From the NCBI GenBank assembly GCA_000388065.2, contig KB932201.1: 47,432 nucleotides of DNA; one strand, written 5' to 3'. The position numbers were made by a program, and so were the translations under genes. The notes beneath the pieces were generated by a model that ran no database searches, was not told where the DNA came from, and saw only the letters and a list, made by a program, of their open reading frames with translations. This DNA is from Fonticula alba ATCC 38817. Lineage: Eukaryota > Protista > Nucleariida. Shown piece by piece: positions 11,590 through 24,882 of the stretch. Positions within the stretch are counted from its first letter, which is position 1. Every line of letters starts with the position of its first letter.

Positions 11590-14500
11590 ATGACAACCAG
11601 CCGTCCCAGGGCGCGGGCAAATGGCCGCGCCGAGGTAGCCCCCGTGGGCCGGTCCTCCACCCGACAAGACCCGGCGGCGGCAAATGTCAAGCAACGCCAT
11701 GGTAGCACCTCTGACCTGAAGCCTCAGGTCAAGCCAGCCGCCTCGGATGTCACTGCTTCTGCCCCTGCGATTGCGCCCATGGGCGAGAGCTCACGGGCAG
11801 CCGCTGGCCAAACCGGCATCCCCCCGGCCGATCCCCCGGCCACTTTGCGCCTGCGTCTGGCGGTGTACCTGGCGTCGGCCGTGGCGACGGCCCTGCTGCT
11901 GGGCTTCGCCTGGGCTGGCCTGCTGGCAACTCCGGTGGCGGAGGAGCCCCGGCTGCCGGCCAGTCTTCAGCAGTTGTTGGGCCCCGGGCAGACCGGCCCC
12001 GGCCCATTGCTCCAGAAGGTGACGACCGCGGCTCGTTCGGTCCTCGGCCCGTCCGCCATCGACCCATGCAGCTGTGCGATGACCTATTCGCGGCCATCCT
12101 ACCCGCGACTGAATTTGGCCACCATGCCGATCCCCTACGGCCAGAGGCAGGGCAAAAAGGTCCCCCCTCATCCAGGGCGGGGTGTGCTGTTTGCCGAGCG
12201 CACCGAGGCCGACTGGGCGGCAGCCTATCGGGAGGCCAGTCGCTCGGGGCGGTACCAGCTCATTCGCTTTGATGATGCCGGCCGTCCGCCAGCCACCCAC
12301 CTGCCAGTACGTGGGACCGCGGGCTGGATGTTCTCGAGCATGATGTCGCTCTTCCCTTTTTTATCCTGTGCCAAGGTGCACTTTGAGATCAATCCCCCTG
12401 ACCGTCCCCCCTGTCCCCTCCCCCCTCCTCTCCCCAATGTGCTCCGCCCCTTTCCCCTGCGCAGCTCCAGCCGGTCCTCTTCATCGCCGGCTCCGGCGGA
12501 TCCTCCAAACAGGTCCGGTCTTTGGCATCCGTGGCTGCGAGGCATGCACACGGCCTGACCCTGGGCTACAAGGACCCGGAGATGTGGGATCAGTTTGACG
12601 AGTGGGACTTGGCGGACCTCGGCGGTTCGCCGACTGCCTCGCTGGTTTTCTACTCGGTCGAGACCGATGGCGAGATGACGGGGTTCCGCACGGACGACAT
12701 CATGGCCCAGGCGCACTTTGCCAATTACGTTCTCGCCTGGCTGGCGAATCACCATCCGACTGGTGCGCGGCTTCCCCTGGCCCCCATGAGCCACCCATCC
12801 AGCTGAGGCTCTTCCTCGGTGCCGAGTCGTGTCTGACATCCTGTCTGGGATCTTTTTTTTTTTTTTTTTTTTCCTTTGGGTACCCCGCCACCAGCCGATT
12901 CGATCATCCTCATTGGCCATTCGATGGGCGGCATCGTGGCCCGGACCATGCCCCTGCTGGCTAGCCACCCCCCGCGCACGGTCCAGTCGTATGTCACCCT
13001 GGCGACGCCGCATGCCAGCCCCCCGCTGCCGGCCATTTCGCGCACCCTGCACGATCTGTACCAGGCAGTCAACTACCTTTGGGCGGCGGCGCTGGCGACC
13101 CAGGAAGCTGGCTCGACGGCTGCCATGGTGGCCGACAGCCAGGTGGCCGACACGGCCGCAGCCCTGGGCCTGACCCCGGTCACCGACAGTGCCTGGTTCC
13201 GCCAGCATGTGTCTCTGTTGAGCTTGGCCCCGGGCTCGCGCGATCTGCTGGTTGACGGGTCGCTGAACTGGCTTCAGGGGCTCCTCCAGCGGGGCGTCTG
13301 GGTCGACTGGACAGACGCAGAGAACACCCCTGGGGGTCGGGCAGTCCTGTCGCCGGCCACCAATGTCGTGTCCGGCTGGACCACCGGGCTGCCGGGGGTC
13401 AGCACATCGCAAGACCACCAGGTCCGTGGCAGCGCGCGCTAGCTCCACCTGCCGAGTCTGCCTCTCTCCATCGTCCCTCGCCCGCCCCTTCCGTATCTTC
13501 TGCCAGCTAATGCCCCCCTGCCACAATTCATTCATTCCCCTTCCCTCTCTCCTCTCTGGCCGAACTGGCAAGCAGACGATCGTCTGGTGTGCGGAGACCG
13601 TGCGCGCGGTGAATCACATTATTCAGGCGCAATTGCATGCAAACGACGGTCGGGCGGCCATGCTCGACCTGCCCAGGCGCGTGGCCATCACCCGGCAAAT
13701 TGTGAGCCCCTCCTTTTCCCAGCGCTTTGCCCTTCCTCAGGGCTTGAAACTGGGCGCCGAAGACCGGAGGCTCACCCTGCCGACTGTGCCGGCGGTGAGT
13801 CTGGATGCCGGCCGGCCATGCGCCGACACCGAAGTGCTCGTTGACCTGGATCGGCCACTGGTGATTGCCATCTCGGGCCCCGGGGCGCCGGATGCCCGAA
13901 GTGAGCCTCTCTCCCGGGTGGATGTCTTTGCCGACCCGCTGTCGGCCCCGGCGGCCGGCGGCTGGCCGTCTGATCCATTTGCCGTGTGGCTCTGCTCGCA
14001 GGATGACTATCGGGATTTGGTGTCCGGAGGGGGGGATTCGCCGCGGGTTCCCCTGACGGCTCTGACGGCCGGAGGCGCGTGCACGCCGGTTCCGGCTGCC
14101 CACCTGTCCGTTACTCAGCTCACCCGGCGGCAGGTGAGCCTGTCGGTCACGGTGGACTGGCATGCGGTCATCTACCATGGCCGGCCGTATGACGCGGTGG
14201 CCATCCTGGTGCCGGCATCCGGCGGGGCCGCTCGGTGGAGCACGCGCACTTGCCTGTCGGCCCCGGCCGCTGACCGGTCGGTCACGTCTCCCAAGTCGAT
14301 GTCGTTCCAGCTGCTGCTGGCCCGGCGCCAGGTGTCCCTGCCACTGGTCGGCCACACTGTGGTGCTGCCGGTGCCGGTGGTCGGCATCACGATCCCCCTG
14401 CCGGCCGGGTCTCTGGCCTCGGAGCTGGTGCAGCTGCCTGCTTGGACAGGCCTCTCGGCACTCGGCGGGGGGCTCCCTCTTCGGGCGTGTCTCCTCCGGC

Positions 14501-15992
14501 AGGGCACCACCTCGGAAGGCGGGCCTGGCGGCCAGCGTGTTCTCCTGTGGACCCGTGCGCCGGCCAATGACGAGGAGAAGGTCCACGAGCAGGAGGCCCT
14601 GGAGTGCGGCAATGGCGGGGCGGCCATCTTCTCGCACTCCCATGCCGGGGCCATTCGCGAGCCCTCCAGCGCATTGGACTTCGCCACGCTGGCGGACTTT
14701 GGGCTGCACCTTCGCCTGCTTCGAGTCTTCGAGCAGGAGGAAACCAACGAAGCCCGGTCTCCGGTCTTCGGCTCTGGTGGTGAGCCCCTGGCCCTGCGCG
14801 TGTACTGGGACCTGCGAACCTTCTCGGCCCATGCGACGCGTATTGACGCGGCCACCGTGGCCCCGGTGCTGGTCCTCGGGTGGGGGATCCTCTTTATGGT
14901 GCTCGGGTCGAAGCCCAGCCCCGCCGGGGCTGACCATCCGATTGAAGTGTTCATCGGACGCCACGCGTGGCCGCTGGTCGGGGCGATGGCCATCCTGTCG
15001 GCCGCGGCGGCCGCCGTATCGGCCGTGCGTTTGATCACCCCGGCCGATGGGCTGGAGTCCCTGCTGTCCATCAGCGCCGGGGAGGCTCACGCGCTTTTCG
15101 GCATCGCGGTCGAGGCTTTGGCCGTGGCGGCATATCGGCTGACGGCGTCGCTGCTGTTGGCCCATGCCTGTCTCGGGGCTTTCCGTCTGGTGGTCGGCGC
15201 TCTGGCGGCCATCCTTTCGCCCTTCTGGCTGTTGGTGGTGCGGCCCCTTCGGCCGGTGGTCCGCGGTCTCGGAGCCCGTCTCCCCGGGGTTGGGGATGCC
15301 CTCCGTCTGGCAGCCGTCATCTCGGTTGCATCTTTGCTGCCTGGCCACCTGGCGGTGGTTCTGCTCAGCATTGCCCGGCTCTTGGGCCTCGGCCTGGGTC
15401 GCCTATCTGTCATCGGCATGGGGCCCACTTCGCATGCGGTGCGCCCGGGTCCTCCCGCACATCCGCCTCCCACTCGCGGGCCTGCTACTTCGTTATTTGG
15501 TCCCGCCTTGCTGAATGCGCAAGTAACTTACCCCTCTGCTCGCCCTTGCTGGGATTGCCTCGCGCCGCATGACCACCAGCGCCGAACCCATCAGTATAAG
15601 GTGTATCTGTTGTTCGCGTGCCTGATTCCGGTGGCGCTGGCCGCTACGCGGGCCTTTGCCTGGCTTCGCGCCGAGCGGCTGATTGACTGGCCCTTCAGCC
15701 CGGAGTACCGGCCCACGGCGCACCAGCTGGCCGATCTCTGTCCCTCGCCGGAGCACTTGGCCAAGCTGTCGGCGGCTTTGCCCGGGGCGATGGCCATCCC
15801 GGCCGGGTCCCTGAAGACCCTGGCTCAGGCGGTCATGGGGGCCGGGGCCGAAGGCGACGCGCTTGCCGTGGTGCGGGCCATGCATGTGGCCGCTGTGCGG
15901 ACACTGCGCCTGGTTGTGGCCCTCGTGGCCGGGCACCTGCGCTTGGCTGGCTGCCAGCTGGATGAGCCCATCATCCGGGGCGTTGTGTCTCA

Positions 15993-16024
<32 letters not shown>

Positions 16025-16437
16025 CGGCCACCGGCATGGGCCTGCCCCTGGCGAAGAGCCCGGCAGTCGTGGCCCATGCGGCGGATCGCCTTCTGGCGGC
16101 TCTGCGAGTTGAGCGTAGCCCGGTTTTGGTGATGGCCTACGGTCTTCTGTGGCTGGCCGCCGAGCGCATGGGCCGTGCCCTTTTCCCGGATGCCGAGCCA
16201 AGCACTCACGGCGACCCGGGGCTTTCGCCGGCCGACAAGGCTCTGGTGGCCGAGACGCGCCAGCAGGTGGCCATGGCCCTACGGGCTCTCTGCTTGGTGG
16301 GATCATTCAGCTTGCTGGCCGGCGCGGTCGGGGTCCTCGGGCCGGCAATGGCACGCGAGATTGCCTCCTATGCGCCTGCCCTCTTCCTGTCGCTCATGCC
16401 GCTTGCCACCTTCCTGGCCTCGGGGATGGTGGCGTAG
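11590..16437 (+). CDS. PGAP1: GPI inositol-deacylase (PGAP1/Bst1 family) with multi-TM C-terminus
   Basis: N-terminal TM anchor; spliced PVLFIAGSGGSSKQVRSLAS; lipase nucleophile IILIGHSMGGIVAR; YVTLATPH; DHQ|TIVWC; long hydrophobic C-terminal exon ending TAG at 16437. Confidence 0.88.
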
Positions 16438-16620
16438 TCGCCGGGAATGAACGCACAATCGACTGACTGTGCATATGTGTCTAGGTCTATTGGATATGTG
16501 CCGGGGGGGGGGGCGGGAGAGAAAGGAAGGAAGAGGGAAGAGAGATCCACAATGGGGGGAGGGGGGTAGGAGAAGGGAATGCATCCGAAGGGATTTATGT
16601 GTGAAGCATGAAGAAGAGGG

Positions 16621-16684
16621 CTAGTCCTTTCCTCCAACCGTGGCGGCAGCCTCGAGCTCGAGAGACTTGATCAGGAACCTGGTG

Positions 16685-16735
<51 letters not shown>

Positions 16736-18466
16736 TGGGGGGGGGGGGCGGAGATAGAGAAAAGGAGAAGGCAGCATGATGAAGGGTCAGCAACAGGGCG
16801 AGAGCCAAGAGGAGAGAGGGGGGAGATTGGCCCGCCGGGGCTGAGTGTGACAGTGCGCGTACTCATCGAGATCGCCGGAAAGCACCGCATGCACTTGGGA
16901 CGTTTCGTGGTTGGTCCGGTTGTCCTTGATAAGCTGGGCGGCGGGTTGCCGGAATGAAGCGAGCGTCAGGAGAGGGTCTTTTGCCGCCTGCGAGGCATCA
17001 ACAAGGGGACAGAAAGGGAGACCGAGGGGGGAGACCGCGAGTATGGTGGGGTGGTTGAATGTGCCGGGCGAAACGCACTTGATAGGGGTTCAGCACATAG
17101 GAGCGCACTTGGCCACCGAAGGAGTTGGAGGTCATGTCACTCCGGCGGAGGCTCTCCTCCAGACGTCTGGGAGCAAGTGGCACATGGAGCCATTAGCAAG
17201 GGAAGGGACGAAGAGATGCTGGCTTTGAAAGGCCCAAAGAGGGAGCGAGAGGGAGGAGAGAAAGATGGCGCACTTTTTATGCAGGTGCCGCTCGAGCAAT
17301 CGCGCACGCAGCAGAGACAGTGCCAATGCCCGATTCCGATGCTGCGAGCGCTCCTGCTGGATGGTGATGACAATCCCGGTCGGCAGGTGTGTCATGCGGA
17401 CAGCCGACTCGGTCTTGTTGACATGCTGGCCGCCGGCCCCGCGCGAGGTCGTCGTCTCGATGTGTAGATACCGCGCATCGATCGACAGCTCCGGGTCCTC
17501 GTGGCCCCCTTCATCCAGCGAGTGAGGCGCAACCCCGACCGAAGCAAAGCTCGTGTGGCGGCGACCTTCGTCGAAAGGGGAATTCCGCACCAGCCGATGG
17601 ACACCAGCCTCCCCGCGCAACCAACCATATGGGCCGCCCTCGGCATCGGCCCGTTCATCAGCATGAATCAGCAACGTGGCATTGCGTAGGGTGTCGGGCC
17701 GCTCGCCGGGCGCGCTGTCAATCAACTCCTGCCGCAGGCCCCGGGCCGAGGCCCATCCACGATACATGTCCAGCAGCATTTGCGTGAAGGATTGGCTATC
17801 GACACCGCCGTTGCCGGCATTCAGAGACAGGAAACAGCCAGAGGCATCCGCCTCGCCGGAGAAGAGAATCCCCTGCCGAACTCGGCTCAAGGCGCTGTGG
17901 AATGCCTGCGCCCGAGCGTGCAGTTCCATGGACAAAGCCCCCACGGCGGCCACCTCGGCCGCGGCATCCGCCGCATCAGGACGCATGTCGGCATACATGG
18001 CCTGCAGCATGTCGGCAAGCTCGCAAATGTCGGCTCGCTCAGTCAGGAGCTCATCCATGCGCTGGACCATCACGCGGTCTTTGGCCAACTGACGCTCGAG
18101 CTCGATGCGCCGCCGGAGGCCACCGCCGTCCCCGCTGGCCGACAGGCCATCGCCCTCGGCCATGCGGCTGTACGCCAGCTCCAGCTCCTGCTCGTTGGCT
18201 TGCACTCGAAGGCGCAAGATCGGCAAATGGATCAGCCCCGACACCTGGTCAAAGGCCTCTTGCGACTGGGCCTCAAAGGGGGTCAGCTGCTCCAACAGGC
18301 CGGGCAGATCGCCAGACGTGCGCGCGTGCGAGGAAAGCCGGGCCGAAAAAAGGGACACAATCCCCCGGCCTGGAGGATCGGTCGACAAGGGAGCCGCAGT
18401 CGGCCTGATGGCCACCATGCGGGCCCGAGTGACGGCGAGAAGGCCCGTACGCAATGCCACGAGCAT
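16621..18466 (-). CDS. prfB: Class-I peptide chain release factor 2 (PrfB-type), probably mitochondrion-targeted; 4 exons, 469 aa
   Basis: Exons 18466-17274, 17166-17079, 16933-16863 and 16678-16621 (1410 nt, phases consistent). Motifs: GWLRGEAGVHRLVRNSPFDEGRRHTSFASV, SRGAGGQHVNKTESAVRMTHLPTG, QERSQHRNR and FGGQVRSYVLNPYQLIKDNRT...GDLDEFL. The N-terminus is Arg/Ala/Leu-rich and poor in acidic residues. Start Met is inferred. Confidence 0.9.
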
Positions 18467-19230
18467 ATGTGTAGGATAGATGGACGTCGAGAAGGGGGAA
18501 GAGGATCTTGTGTAACCGGGTGCACACGTGCCTTCGCACGCAGGAGAGGTGAGCAGGTGGAGGGAGAGGGGGGGGGGGGCAGGGGGCTCGGCTGCACTCA
18601 AAGTGACTTCCTTCATCTTCAGGCTCTCTGGAAGAAAAGCCTCCCCCTCCCCCCGCCCCGTCGCCCCTTGCGGCAATCTCTGGTCGGGTCCACGATGCCG
18701 GGCGGCCGGCCGACGAGTGCCCCGATCGCGGCGATTCCGTTGGCATGCGGGGGATTGTGGACATTTCCAGGCTCCCGCTGGAACTGCTTCGCATGCTGTG
18801 TCGCGTGTCTGTGTGTGTACCTGTGTGTGCACNNNNNNNNNNGGGGGGGGGGACGCTTGTGTCCGGGCGGTTTCCACTCCACACCAGCCGCACCCCCCAA
18901 GTCAAGGTCTGTGGTTTCGCACCCGGCCTCCTTGTCCGCGAGGGGTGGCTCCCTCGGGGGGAGGGGGGAAACGAAAAAAGCACCGGCCATCGGAACGAGA
19001 ACACCGGGGAAGATGGCACCTGCCGGGGCTCCGCTCGCACACCCGCACACCCACGCCCGCGTCCTCTTTCCCTGCCATCCCTCCCTTCCCCTGTCCCTTG
19101 TGTCCCCCTTTGCCCTCCGCGCGAGCGCCGCGCAAGGACACCCGGCGCCGTGGCTCTCGGTTGTTCCATTCAGCCTCCCTTCCCCTCCCTTTCCCGCCCG
19201 CCTGCCCTTCACAACGGCGCCAGCATATCC

Positions 19231-19754
19231 ATGTCTCATCCCATTTTACCCGGCATCCCGGCCAGCGGGCACATCACCCCGTCGATGCAGCAACAGGCCC
19301 AGGGCCCGGGCCAGGCGCCGCCGCCCATCCCGACGCACAGCACAGGCGCCATCCCGGTGGACCGCGCCACAAAGTCCTTCATCCTGAATCTGCGCGTTTT
19401 CGACGAGATGGACCCCCGAGAGCGGGTGCGCGCCTATGCTAGCTCGGCCTTCTTGCAAATCTCCCCACCCCTCATGCCGCCTCTCCTCGCCGCCTCTCCC
19501 ATCTCCGGCCCTTCCTCTTCGCGCTGCCTCCCCTCGACGAGACCCAAAGCTAACAACTGCCCCACCCGCCACAGGACTTGCTCAAAGCGCGCAATGCCAA
19601 CGCTCATCTGATGAACTCGCTGAACAACATCTCGGATCCGGATGCCATCAGAGCGCTGGGCGCCAGCAACATTGTGCGCACAGCCTTGCATCCCCCCCCC
19701 CCCTCGTGCATGTTGTCTGCTGGCGAGGATGGCTAACACTGATGATTTGTGACT

Positions 19755-19785
<31 letters not shown>

Positions 19786-22700
19786 GCGTGAGAGTGACCT
19801 CGCCATTGCGTATGACGTCCTGGTTGGCGAGCCGACCGCGCACCGCGTACGTGCTGGTCCCGTGCCTGGGATGATGCCTGCCGCCCCTCTTTCATCTATG
19901 TCGCCGGCTTCCCTGACACCACCTTGTGCCAATGTAGTTCCTGCATCTTTTGCGTTTCGTGAAGCCCACCTACCGGCCAGGCTCCAAGACCCCGGCTCTG
20001 ATTGAGACCCTCACGCACTTCACACAGCTGTACGACAAGCTGCAGCCACATGCGCGGGAGTCGGTACGCGGGATCAAGACATTTGGCCCTGAATTCCCCC
20101 TCATTTGCAATCTCCCCATCCTGCCGCGACGCCCTTCTGACCCGCCCCCCCCCCCTCCTCCTCCTCTTCTTCCTCTTCTTCGGCTCCTCTCCCTTCAGCT
20201 GCTGAAAATCTTCCAAACTCTCATCGAGAACAACACCGCCTCGGTCGATTCGCTCTGCTTCGAGATGGTCAAGCAGATTCGAAGTGCGTCTTTGGGGCTC
20301 CTTATGCGGCCATCCTTGCGGGGCTTCCTCCATTGACACGTCCATCTTTGCCCGGGCCCCCTTCTTTGAAGGCGGCGACGCCACGCCCGCCAATCAGGCT
20401 CTCGCAGAGGGGGTCCTCCGAGTTTTGTTGGCCAACAAGTGCGCTCCCTGCCCTTGACCATGGGCCTCAGCTCGAGAAACTTTCCTGACCCTTGCCACCA
20501 CAACTGCCCTCGTTCCTCCAACCACCTGGCCACAGGGACTGGCTGTATGGCTTCCCGATGATCATCAACACCTGCTTCTACTGCTTTGCCACGGTGGTCA
20601 ATGACCACTGGGAGAATGCCGGCCTACGGCAGCTGGAACTCCAGTTCTTGGACCAACTGCTGCGCGATCGTTCGGCCGACTTGGTGCAAATTGGCCGGGA
20701 ATTTGTCCGCCTGCTGTACAACCTGGCCGCCCGGCATCAGGAACTGCGCCCCTTCTGGATCAAGCTCGTGGAAAATCCGCAGGGCTTCTCGGCCACGGGA
20801 AAAGGTATGCCCTGGCAGTCGCCCTCGGATGTGGCCTGGCTTGCCCCTGGCGCCATGCTCCTCCTGCTGCCTGAATGGCCACATGCTCGAGCGCCCACAT
20901 TCGCCCCCCCATCCCCCCCCCCCCCCCCTCGCTGACCACATCCTGCTCGTTCGAAGACCTTCGCCAGCTCCTGCTCCAGCCGACGCCGCGGCTATTCTAC
21001 ACAAGTCGGCTCACTCAGAAGATGGCCGAATTACTTTACTTCATCCTGGAGAATGTTCCCCGGCCGTTGACCACCCCCTCCGGGGTTACTTTGCCGCCGG
21101 GATTGATGCCGGAGTCGGCGCATCTGGAGTGGTTTGCTCAGGAGTACCTGTCCCAGCCCCAGCAGGCCACCTTGGCCGCGGATCTTGTGCGGTTCCTCTG
21201 CTGTGTCTATCACCCCAGCAACCAAGTGATTGCCAGTGGCAATATCCAACGGTGGAATGTGCTGGGCTGGCTGTTGGGCCGGCAGAATCGCGTATGTCTA
21301 TGCCCCCCGCCCCCGCCTCCCCCCCCCCTCCCTCCCTTTCATCCACGCTGTGCCCGCCCCGTCCATGCGCGCACACATGCAAACATGCTGCTAGCCATGC
21401 AAACATGGCCGCGCCTTCCTGCGAACTGACACTTTCGGTTTTGGCCACAACCAGAACACACATGCCTTCCAGACCGTGGTACTGGCCTGCCTATTTGACT
21501 GGCTGGTGTTCCAGCCACAAGATAATGTCATGCTTGTAGAGCCGGCCATGCTGTTGATGCTGAACCAGCTGAAGGATCCAGGCGCACACTCCTTCAGTGC
21601 CCCGCTGCTGGACTTCTTGGCAGCCGGCGCCGGCGCCGGTGGTCCCAGCGCCGGCGGCTTGGATGGCGGCTTTCTCCCCTCCTTCCGTGTTCTCTTCCTG
21701 GCAGGCATCAACAATGCTCTGTGCGCTCTGCGCGATAAGCATGTCATCCGGTGCGCTCTTCCTCCTCTGTCCCTCTCTCTCTCCCTCCCTCCCTCCTCCT
21801 TTCTCTCTCCCTGCCTCCTGGGCTGGCATTGGGCCTGGGCATCCAGGGGCTGTCTACTGGGGGTCGCACATTGTTGGGCATGCCCTTCATACTCACCTGC
21901 ATGTGTGCCGGCAAGCGCAGCCGCCCACTGGCCTACCTCCTCGGCCATCCAAACCTGCCGGTAGAGACCGTGGGTCGCTTGAAGGTCCGCTTCCCGGACT
22001 TTTTCCGCGACCCCGACCCAGTGCGGCCGGTCAAGCTGGCCGACGTGGTGGATCTCGGCCAGAGCACCTTCACCGAGGGGCTGGTTGCTCCGGGCCATCG
22101 TGGTGGCGCTGGACTTGGGCCGTCGCCCGGCGGGACCACACCCGGGACCTCGGCCGCCGAGGCGCATCCCGGGGCTGCGATGTCGACGCCCACCTCGGCG
22201 GCCGCGCCATCCTCTCTACCGGGCTCTGCCCCGGACACCTCGGCCTCCATCGCGGAGCAACTCATGGCGCAGCTCACGCGCATGGATCAGGCCGAAGGGT
22301 CCCCGACAACGGGGGATGTTCATCAGATCTTGGACAAGTTGGTACAGGTACCTCTTCATGGGAAGATGCTTGCTTTTCCGGCTGTCTTTTAGCCCCATCC
22401 AGAGCTCGGGGGCGGGGGAGGTGGCGGGGGGGGGGAGGGAGGCCATGTGCAACATTTGACCCTCGTATTGTTTGGGGACCTTTCGCTTGCCTCCTCCCTC
22501 CTCGCTCCTCCTCGCTCCTCCTCGCTCCTCCTCCTCCTCCTCGCTCCTCCCTCTTGCGCGTCGCATTGGTATCCGCCTTTTCTCTCTCTCCTCCCCATGC
22601 TAACCAGGCCGGACGTCGATATCCAGCTGGCCGAGAAGGACCCTCTGCAGCTGGATGACGCGCCAGTTCAGGCAGCTGGCTCGTTGCTGTTGCGCATTCT

Positions 22701-24313
22701 GGCCTCCTCTGAGCCGAGTCTGCCAACCTACGCCCAGGCGTCGTCCCATGGGGATGGCAGTGCTCTTGGACGGCTCTTCAGCCCGGTTCCGAATGCGGCC
22801 ATTTCGGCCATCATCGGCTTTCTCTTCCACCACCTGACCATTACGCCTGGGCTTGGCTCCGGGTCGACGGCCATGGCGGCCGCGGCATCGGCCAACCGCA
22901 TGGCCGGCACCCTGGTCCGGGCCATCCTGTCCCAGGGCCCGGGCCCGGGTGCCATCGATCCCCTGGAGGCCATCCGTCGGCCAATTGCGGTGGCTGTCAT
23001 CCTCCAGCGGGCGCTGACCGTGGCACGCAATGAGCGCCCCCCCTCCGTGGTCAGCAGCTCCAAGCGCCCTGCGGCCGAGGCTCTTGCCCGCCTTTCCAAA
23101 GATGCCTGGCCATTGCAAGACCGCCTGCGGGAGCTCTTTGCCGGCCTGACCAGTGACCCGGGGTCGCTGCTGGCCGATGCCATGATCTACCTGTCTGGCG
23201 GGTCGTTCAGCTTGGAGCCGGGCCGAGCCCTGGACTTCGCTTGGAAGGCCCTTTCCGTGGCGCCGGAGCCCCTGCCGCCGAGTGTCACCGGGCTGGGGCT
23301 TTCCTGTCCGCCGGGGTCTGGCTTTCGAGTTAGCCAGCCACTTGGCCAGCTGCTGACCCGCGATCCGGGCATGTTGCTGACACTACTGCAGCAGGTGTCA
23401 GCCGATCGGGTCCCACAGATGCTGGCCGATCTTCAAGGGGGGTCACATGCACTGTTCGACCTGTGTCTGCCTCCTCTTCACATTCTCCGTGCGTCTTTCT
23501 TCCCTGCTCCTTGGGCGCTCTTCCGCGGGGATTGATTTTGACCTTTGCCCGGGCACTTGCATGCGCGTAGAGTCGGCTGCCGGGTGGCCGGCTTCCGAGC
23601 GCGATCTCCTTGTGCGCATGATCGGTGCCGGGCTGACAGCCACCGGCAGCCTGGACATTGTGATGCTGCTGCACCTGTCCGGCTCCGGGGAGGTGGCCAC
23701 GGCATCGGTCTTCTCGGATTGGCTGTTGCAGCTGGCGATTTTGCCGGCCGTGGGCGTCAGCCATATGCCAGCCACTGGATCCCGTGCCGGCATGGCCATC
23801 ATGCAAACAGCCGGCGAGCTCGCCCGGCTGAGCCCGTTGGCTGGCTGGCTCGGGTCGCCAGCTCCGGGCGAGGCTCCCGGAGGGGTCACCGTCTTGGCAC
23901 ACCTACTGCAGGCGCACTTGCGTGCGCTTTTCGCCGTGTGCCGTCGCCTGGAGGCTGGCAAGGCGGCCGCCGGGCAATTGCCCGCCCTGCTGCTGCCACT
24001 CCCCCAAATGTGCCTCGCTCTGCTGGACCGGGCCGAAGTGGCGGATGTCGCCCGCGAGCACCTGGCCACCGGCTTGCACATCTGGCTGAGGGAGCTGGCC
24101 TGCCCCGACAATGAGTGGGCCATCTCGGAACTGGGCACCTGGGCCGACCAATTGGCCGGGCCCAGCCTCGGAAATGCCCTGGAGGCGGTGGCCAATGGGC
24201 AGCCGGCCCCGAGCGCGTCCTTTGCCTCGCTGGTTGCCCGGCATCGAGCCACAGCCGGGACACCCACCCCCATCCCGGAGGCGGCCAACGATGACACCGT
24301 CATCCTTCTTTGA
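19231..24313 (+). CDS. INTS3: Integrator complex subunit 3 / SOSS-A homolog (multi-exon)
   Basis: Motifs GGDATPANQALAEGVL, LVQIGREFVRLL, SRLTQKMAELLYFIL, EWFAQEYLSQPQQATLAADLVRFLCCVYHPSNQVIASGNIQRWNVLGWLL and LFDWLVFQPQDNVMLVEPAMLLM match the conserved INTS3 N-terminal domain. The C-terminal exons are less certain. Confidence 0.85.
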
Positions 24314-24882
24314 GTGTGGACAGAGTACCGGGCGAGGCGTGGGCAGGTAGACCCTTGGTTGCCTGTGCCCCCGGCGCAGGAGCGTGCGCTCCGGGGGAAA
24401 AAAAAATAGACACACTTAGCCTCCTTGCTCTTTTCGCGGCGCGTACCTGCCAAGCAACAGAGGGGGGATCTCCCCTCTTGCGCGCCAGGCCCCCGGTTTT
24501 CTGCTGCTGTTGTTTTTTCCGCGACACCTTCGCCTCGCATCCGTCGGCACTTCCCGGAACCTCGTGGATCCCAATGCATTGGCATGCACCGCCCACAGCC
24601 GGGTGGCTCCCCCTGTGGCGGGGCGCCGGGGGACGGAGAGGGGCACCCGCCAGCCGATCGCAAGCACACACCTGTACACGCACACGCACACGCACACGCA
24701 CACGCTCGCGCGCGCGCGCGCGCGCAGATTCGCACCAACCTAATAAGGGACATCCACATGCCCCCGGCGCCTGCGGCCGGGCGCAGTAGCCATCCCTCAA
24801 AGAGGAATCCCCACCCGCTGCAAGCTCCTCTCCTTTCCTCTCGCCCCCCCCCCCCCCTTCATCACCACACGCAGTCGCCAGG

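Noticed and set aside
18467-18877. Long N-terminal extension of RF2 in the 581-aa ORF call
   Set aside because: It crosses an N gap and low-complexity promoter-like sequence; the Met at 18466 starts a plausible presequence.
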